From: Candidatus Lindowbacteria bacterium RIFCSPLOWO2_12_FULL_62_27
Lineage (GTDB): Bacteria > Lindowbacteria > 2-12-FULL-62-27
NCBI GenBank assembly: GCA_001784175.1
Contig: MFPR01000004.1
Span: 372,001-436,000, forward strand
Direction of reading: 5' to 3'
Length of the DNA stretch: 64,000 nucleotides
Position numbers and translations under genes: made by a program. The notes below the pieces were generated by a model that was not told the origin of the DNA, ran no database searches, and was given only the letters and a program-made list of their open reading frames with translations. Position 1 is the stretch's first letter. Each line of letters begins with the position of its first letter. This document shows positions 59,725 to 64,000 of the stretch, in pieces.

Positions 59725-60802
59725 TCATCTCCCACGACAAAGGTGTCCCCTCGTCAATATTGCGGCTGGCGGTCCGGCCGAGGATGGAGGGGTAATACCG
59801 GCAGGGAAGGCCGTGGCCCGGGCGAATCGTTTTGATGTTGTTGGATCCGAAGGCTTCTCCCTGGTGGATGGCCCGAACCGCGAAAATGGACGGGCGGAAC
59901 CGGATGTTGACCTCTTCGTCCTCGTTCGGCCCGTACCGCACGCCTCCCATGGCCCTTTCAGTTTCCCGGACCGATTGAACCAGTTGTTTGAATTCGGCGG
60001 GTTCCATGGAAAACGCCGCGTCCGGCCCGCCCAGGGATCTCGACAGTGTGAGATGTTTTTCGATGATCGTCGCCCCCAGCGCCACCGCCGTGACTGCGGC
60101 GACGGATCCCAGCGTGTGATCGGACAGTCCCACCGGCCGGTGGAAGGCAGCCTGCATGTCCGCCAGTGTTCTCAGATTCATTTGATCCAGCGCGGCCGGG
60201 TAGGCGCTGGTGCATTTCAACAAGGCGATCTCCCGGGCGCCCACCCGGTCCAGCGTGACGACGGCCTCCTGTATTTCATCGCGGGTGGCCATTCCCGTGG
60301 AGACAATGACGGGCTTGCGGGTTCGGCCGATATGTTCCAGCAAATTCAAATCAACAATTTCGAACGATGCGATTTTGTAGAGCGACACGCCCAGCCGTTC
60401 CAGAAAATCCACGGCGGTTTCGTCGAACGGCGTCGAAAAGAAATCGATCCCGACTTCCTCGCATTTCTGTTTCAGCCTGGGATGCCAGTCCCACGGCAGA
60501 TATGCTTTTTGATAGAGATCGTACAGCGTCCGGCCCCTCCAGGGGGAATTTTCCGGCAATTGAAACCAGGCCGATTTGGAATCAAAGGTGATCGTGTCCG
60601 GCGTGAAGGTTTGAATTTTGACGGCGTTGGCGCCGGCGCCCATGGCCGCATCAATCAGTTGAAAGGCCACGTCCAATTTCTGGAGATGATTGGCGGACAG
60701 TTCCGCGACAATATAAACGGGGCCGGCCGGCGTCGGAGACGCCGGCACTTGGGGCGCCGGAGGCACTGACCCGGCCGGATCGAATTTATCAGGCGGGGTC
60801 AT
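59705..60802 (-). CDS. pseI: pseudaminic acid synthase-like (NeuB family)
   Basis: AELSANH, K.QT.T.DTIT, PW.WH, KIASFE, LKCTS.YP, GGPD..FS.EP. Confidence 0.85.
   Translation of the reverse strand: MTPPDKFDPAGSVPPAPQVPASPTPAGPVYIVAELSANHLQKLDVAFQLIDAAMGAGANAVKIQTFTPDTITFDSKSAWFQLPENSPWRGRTLYDLYQKAYLPWDWHPRLKQKCEEVGIDFFSTPFDETAVDFLERLGVSLYKIASFEIVDLNLLEHIGRTRKPVIVSTGMATRDEIQEAVVTLDRVGAREIALLKCTSAYPAALDQMNLRTLADMQAAFHRPVGLSDHTLGSVAAVTAVALGATIIEKHLTLSRSLGGPDAAFSMEPAEFKQLVQSVRETERAMGGVRYGPNEDEEVNIRFRPSIFAVRAIHQGEAFGSNNIKTIRPGHGLPCRYYPSILGRTASRNIDEGTPLSWEMIENGTG
60723..60775. repeat. 53-bp double-hairpin intragenic repeat, copy in the pseI 5' end
   Basis: One mismatch versus the 25067-25119 copy. 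Confidence 0.9.
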
Positions 60803-61703
60803 GGCTCGGCGCCAAGCACGCGCGATCCGCACTGCCGCACGCCAATTTCTCCAGCACACACTCGCGGATGCCCGCGGGATCCAGACGGATCATCCTGCGG
60901 AGATCCTGGACCCTGCCGTACCAGACGCAAAATTGATCGGGCAGCCCATGATACGACACCGACAAATTTTGGATTTCACACACCGCTTCGTGGAGACCGA
61001 AGGCGTCGTGAACCACAAGAATCCTTGTATGCCGGAATTTCTCAATCAACTCTCTATCAATAGGCTTGATCGTATGGAAATAGACCAGATTGACATCCAG
61101 ATCCCGGCAGGCCTCGAGAACATTGCCGAGGATGGGACCGGCCGTCATCACCGTGAGGTCCGACCCATTCTCCTTGAGGGCGACACCCTTCCCGAACTGA
61201 ACCGGAAGATCGATGTCATGGGGATGGTCGGACAGGCGGAAATAGGTGGTTTTCCGGTTGTTGTACTGGCTGCGCAAGAGCACGTCCACCTCTTTTTTGG
61301 ACCCGGGCTGAACGACCTCGAGGTCCGGCAGCAATCTCAGGATCGCCAGATCGGAGTAACAATGGTGAGTCGCGCCGTCCCATGCATAATCGAAAGTCGC
61401 CCCCGCCGTTACGATGTTCCCCGCAAAACGGTTGTAACACATGTCGTCCTTGATCTGCTCATAGCTTCTTTCAACAAGAAAGGGCGCGATCGTGTGGACG
61501 ATTGGAAAAAAGCCCTGCGCGCTCAAGCCCGCCGCCACGCTGACAAGCGTATTTTCACAAATGCCCATATTAAAGAAACGGTCCGGGTGTTTTTCCCTGA
61601 AGTCATTAAAAAGGTAAACACTGATATCGCCAAAGACGAGGACGATTCTGTCGTCACGCGCGGCCATATCCATCACCGTCGCTTTAAACTGTTTCCGCAT
61701 CAA
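60789..61703 (-). CDS. transketolase C-terminal (pyrimidine-binding) subunit
   Basis: RFFNMGI.E, ER..EQI, G.THH...D, YFRL. Confidence 0.88.
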   Translation of the reverse strand: MMRKQFKATVMDMAARDDRIVLVFGDISVYLFNDFREKHPDRFFNMGICENTLVSVAAGLSAQGFFPIVHTIAPFLVERSYEQIKDDMCYNRFAGNIVTAGATFDYAWDGATHHCYSDLAILRLLPDLEVVQPGSKKEVDVLLRSQYNNRKTTYFRLSDHPHDIDLPVQFGKGVALKENGSDLTVMTAGPILGNVLEACRDLDVNLVYFHTIKPIDRELIEKFRHTRILVVHDAFGLHEAVCEIQNLSVSYHGLPDQFCVWYGRVQDLRRMIRLDPAGIRECVLEKLACGSADRACLAPSHDPA

Positions 61704-62466
61704 GCTCGTCCATCAATTTTTGGAATTCGGCTTCGCCCGGAGAGCGGCGATGCCATGCGAATATGTTCTCGGCCAATGTCCTGCAGCCGTATCCCTTGAT
61801 CGTATTGGCAACGATCACCTTCACCCCTGACGCGCGTCTTGAAAGCGCCTCCTTCAGCGCCTCCACATCATGGCCATCGACTTCGATTGAGTCACACCCG
61901 AACGACCGAAATCGCTCAACGGGATTGGGGATCGGCAGGCAACGCTCCTGGGAACGGTTGTTGTCGAAGAGGATGGTGAAATTGTCAAGGTCGAGATTTG
62001 ACGCCACCATCACCGATTCCCACACGGTTCCCTCGTTGGATTCGCCGTCGCCAATGAGGACAAGCACCCGCCGATCCGACTTCTTGAGTTTCAGGCCAAG
62101 CGCCATGCCCACGCCCACCCCGATGCCGTGGCCGAGAGAACCGGTTGAAACCTCAACACCCGGTACTTTAAGCCTGTCAGGATGACAGCCGAAGTCCGAA
62201 CCGAATGCACCATAGGAGTGCACTTTTTCAACATCGAAATAACCGAAATGGGCCAGAACACAATACAGTCCCAGCGAGGCGTGGCCCTTGCTCAAGATTG
62301 AGATATCGCGTCCTTCCCAAGACGGATTGGCCGGGTCATGACGGATCGTCTGGTAGACGCCGTAGAGCATTTCGACAACTGAAAAGCAGGTCGGGATATG
62401 TCCATGCCCGCTGGCCTTGGAAATCCGCAGGATATTCCTGCGAATTTCCCTGCACGCGGCAATCAT
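61684..62466 (-). CDS. transketolase N-terminal (TPP-binding) subunit
   Basis: LSKGH, STGSLGHG, GDGE.NEG..WE, VDGHD, T.KG.G. Confidence 0.9.
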   Translation of the reverse strand: MIAACREIRRNILRISKASGHGHIPTCFSVVEMLYGVYQTIRHDPANPSWEGRDISILSKGHASLGLYCVLAHFGYFDVEKVHSYGAFGSDFGCHPDRLKVPGVEVSTGSLGHGIGVGVGMALGLKLKKSDRRVLVLIGDGESNEGTVWESVMVASNLDLDNFTILFDNNRSQERCLPIPNPVERFRSFGCDSIEVDGHDVEALKEALSRRASGVKVIVANTIKGYGCRTLAENIFAWHRRSPGEAEFQKLMDELDAETV

Positions 62467-63683
62467 TTCATTCGACCCGCCGGTTCGAGATCTCCCCGCG
62501 GCGCCGGGACCCACTCGCCCTGCAATTCCAGCGAGTGATGGACGGCTTCGACGACCGCCGTCGACGGCAAAGCGGCCCGGAATGTCGGGCGGCAGGCCGC
62601 CAAATCCGCCGGCCGGAGGCGGCCGGTCTTCAAGGTGGCAACATCCTCGATGAACTGCCGGATGCTGCGGTATCCGTAGCCTCCGAATCGCGGCGCGCCG
62701 TCGGGGCCGGGCAGGATCGAGGAAAAGTACGGGTTCGGAACGGACACGGGCTGTCCGTCCAGAGCGAGTTCCAGGCCGCGATTTTTTTGATCGCTGTCGC
62801 ACCGGCCCGCCGAACCGATGAGCGAAATTTTCTGATCCGACATCGCCGTCGTGGAATCCGGATCAATCCAGTTGAGCGCAAAGGTCGAGACAAACCGGTT
62901 GCCGGACGGCTCCTCCCATTCGACCATCGCCTGAATCGAATCCCACGTGTCAATGCCCCGCCCGGCCAGCCATCCCTTCTGGCCGACGGCCATCGCCCGC
63001 ACCGGCAGGGCGCCGGTCAGGAAATGGAGGAAATCCGCGTAGTGGACGCCGAGATATTGAAAGACGTTTGTCTGCGCGGCCCATGATTTGAAAAGCGTTT
63101 GAGGCACCATTTTTTTCTGGCTGAAGGCCACGGCCGCATATCGCAACTGCCCGAGCCGGCCGTCCCGGACGAGTGACTTGAGAAACAGGTTGGCCTCGTC
63201 CCAGCGCTTGTGGAATTCGACCGCGCCGTGGACCCCCTTCGATTCCGCCGCGTGGACCAGCCGGACGGCCTCGGCCACGGTTGGAGTGAGCGGCTTGACG
63301 ACAAGACAATGGACGCCGGCATCGATGAGATGGGACGCCAGATCAAAATGCGTTGCGTCCGGCGTCACCACGATCGCCGCGTCAAACCGGCCGCGGGAAA
63401 GCGCCTCGCGATACGCCTGCGGGTCGGTTCCCGCGCGCGGCACGCCGTCGACCGAGAGCCGCGTCCCGAGCCGTTCGTTCAAGGCTTCGAGTTTTCCCCG
63501 GAGGATTCTGACGCTGGACGCAGCCGTCGCCGCCACCGTCACTCGATCGATGAGCCCGTCCCGGTGGCACTCCGCCACCGCCGGCAACACCGTCCCATAC
63601 CCCTCCATCCCGCGGCCGCACACATAGACGCCCGCGCCAATCACCAGCACGTTTACAGCATCCATATCAAGCGCTGCCATCAT
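62463..63683 (-). CDS. Gfo/Idh/MocA family oxidoreductase
   Basis: VIGAG, V.TPD..H, VKPL, FHKR.D, YLGVHY.D. Confidence 0.85.
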   Translation of the reverse strand: MMAALDMDAVNVLVIGAGVYVCGRGMEGYGTVLPAVAECHRDGLIDRVTVAATAASSVRILRGKLEALNERLGTRLSVDGVPRAGTDPQAYREALSRGRFDAAIVVTPDATHFDLASHLIDAGVHCLVVKPLTPTVAEAVRLVHAAESKGVHGAVEFHKRWDEANLFLKSLVRDGRLGQLRYAAVAFSQKKMVPQTLFKSWAAQTNVFQYLGVHYADFLHFLTGALPVRAMAVGQKGWLAGRGIDTWDSIQAMVEWEEPSGNRFVSTFALNWIDPDSTTAMSDQKISLIGSAGRCDSDQKNRGLELALDGQPVSVPNPYFSSILPGPDGAPRFGGYGYRSIRQFIEDVATLKTGRLRPADLAACRPTFRAALPSTAVVEAVHHSLELQGEWVPAPRGDLEPAGRMK

Positions 63684-63727
63684 AATGAATGCCCGGACAA
63701 GTTACAAGGCGGTTCCGCCGCATCCCA

Positions 63728-64000
63728 TCACATCCGGTCGGACTCGGTGATCTGCTCGACGAGCCTGACATAGTCCGGGCCTGAGAGCCGAAAGAACGCT
63801 TCAAAGTATCCCGCGCCGCCGGCAAGCCAGCTTCGGTGGCTGTTCGTGCCCGACGTGCAGTGGACGTAGTCGAAGGCGGCCGACTGGGATTTGAACATCG
63901 CGATGGCCTTGCGTTTTTTCTCCATCCAGCCGGTGATGTCGACCAGGACATTCGCGGGCAGGGTGGACCAGATTTCGTAGGCGTAGACGGTGATCGGGCG
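63728..64000 (-). CDS. PIG-L family deacetylase, C-terminal part (gene runs off the window)
   Basis: YEIWS.L..N..VDIT...EKK..A...F.SQ ... EAF. Confidence 0.7.
   Translation of the reverse strand, partial: RPITVYAYEIWSTLPANVLVDITGWMEKKRKAIAMFKSQSAAFDYVHCTSGTNSHRSWLAGGAGYFEAFFRLSGPDYVRLVEQITESDRM

Noticed and set aside
1-64000. tRNA/rRNA genes, prophage, IS transposases, integrases
   Set aside because: None recognised in the sequence or ORF track.

Overview
High-GC bacterial chromosomal window with five blocks. (1) 1-4770: an unusual class 2 CRISPR-Cas locus. It contains the 3' end of a gene whose product resembles the WED/PAM-interacting end of a type II-C-like Cas9, a DUF4160/DUF2442 toxin-antitoxin pair, a winged-helix gene, a TIR/nucleoside-deoxyribosyltransferase-like gene, cas1-cas2-cas4, and a short array (4 identical 37-bp repeats, 3 spacers). 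On the minus strand each repeat holds a complete sigma70-like promoter. (2) 4.8-12.4 kb: metabolic genes (aspartokinase, ApgM-type mutase, astA-astD plus an amidinotransferase-family gene, LLM oxidoreductase). (3) 12.5-22.8 kb: a type I restriction-modification island (hsdM, DUF1016 nuclease, hsdS, four-helix-bundle gene, an ABC/AAA ATPase + PIN-like pair, and hsdR fused to an S24 peptidase-like domain). (4) 22.8-47.5 kb: housekeeping genes (trpF-trpB-trpA-accD-folC; rimP-nusA-infB-rbfA-truB-ribF-rpsO-pnp-ftsK-rodZ-pgsA-pgpA-truA). (5) 47.5-64 kb: a nonulosonic-acid-type surface-glycan locus. A ~53-bp double-hairpin repeat sits in frame inside three unrelated genes, and other REP-like palindromes also occur, one inside hsdR. 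All calls come from reading motifs by eye; no database searches were run, and several start codons are estimates.
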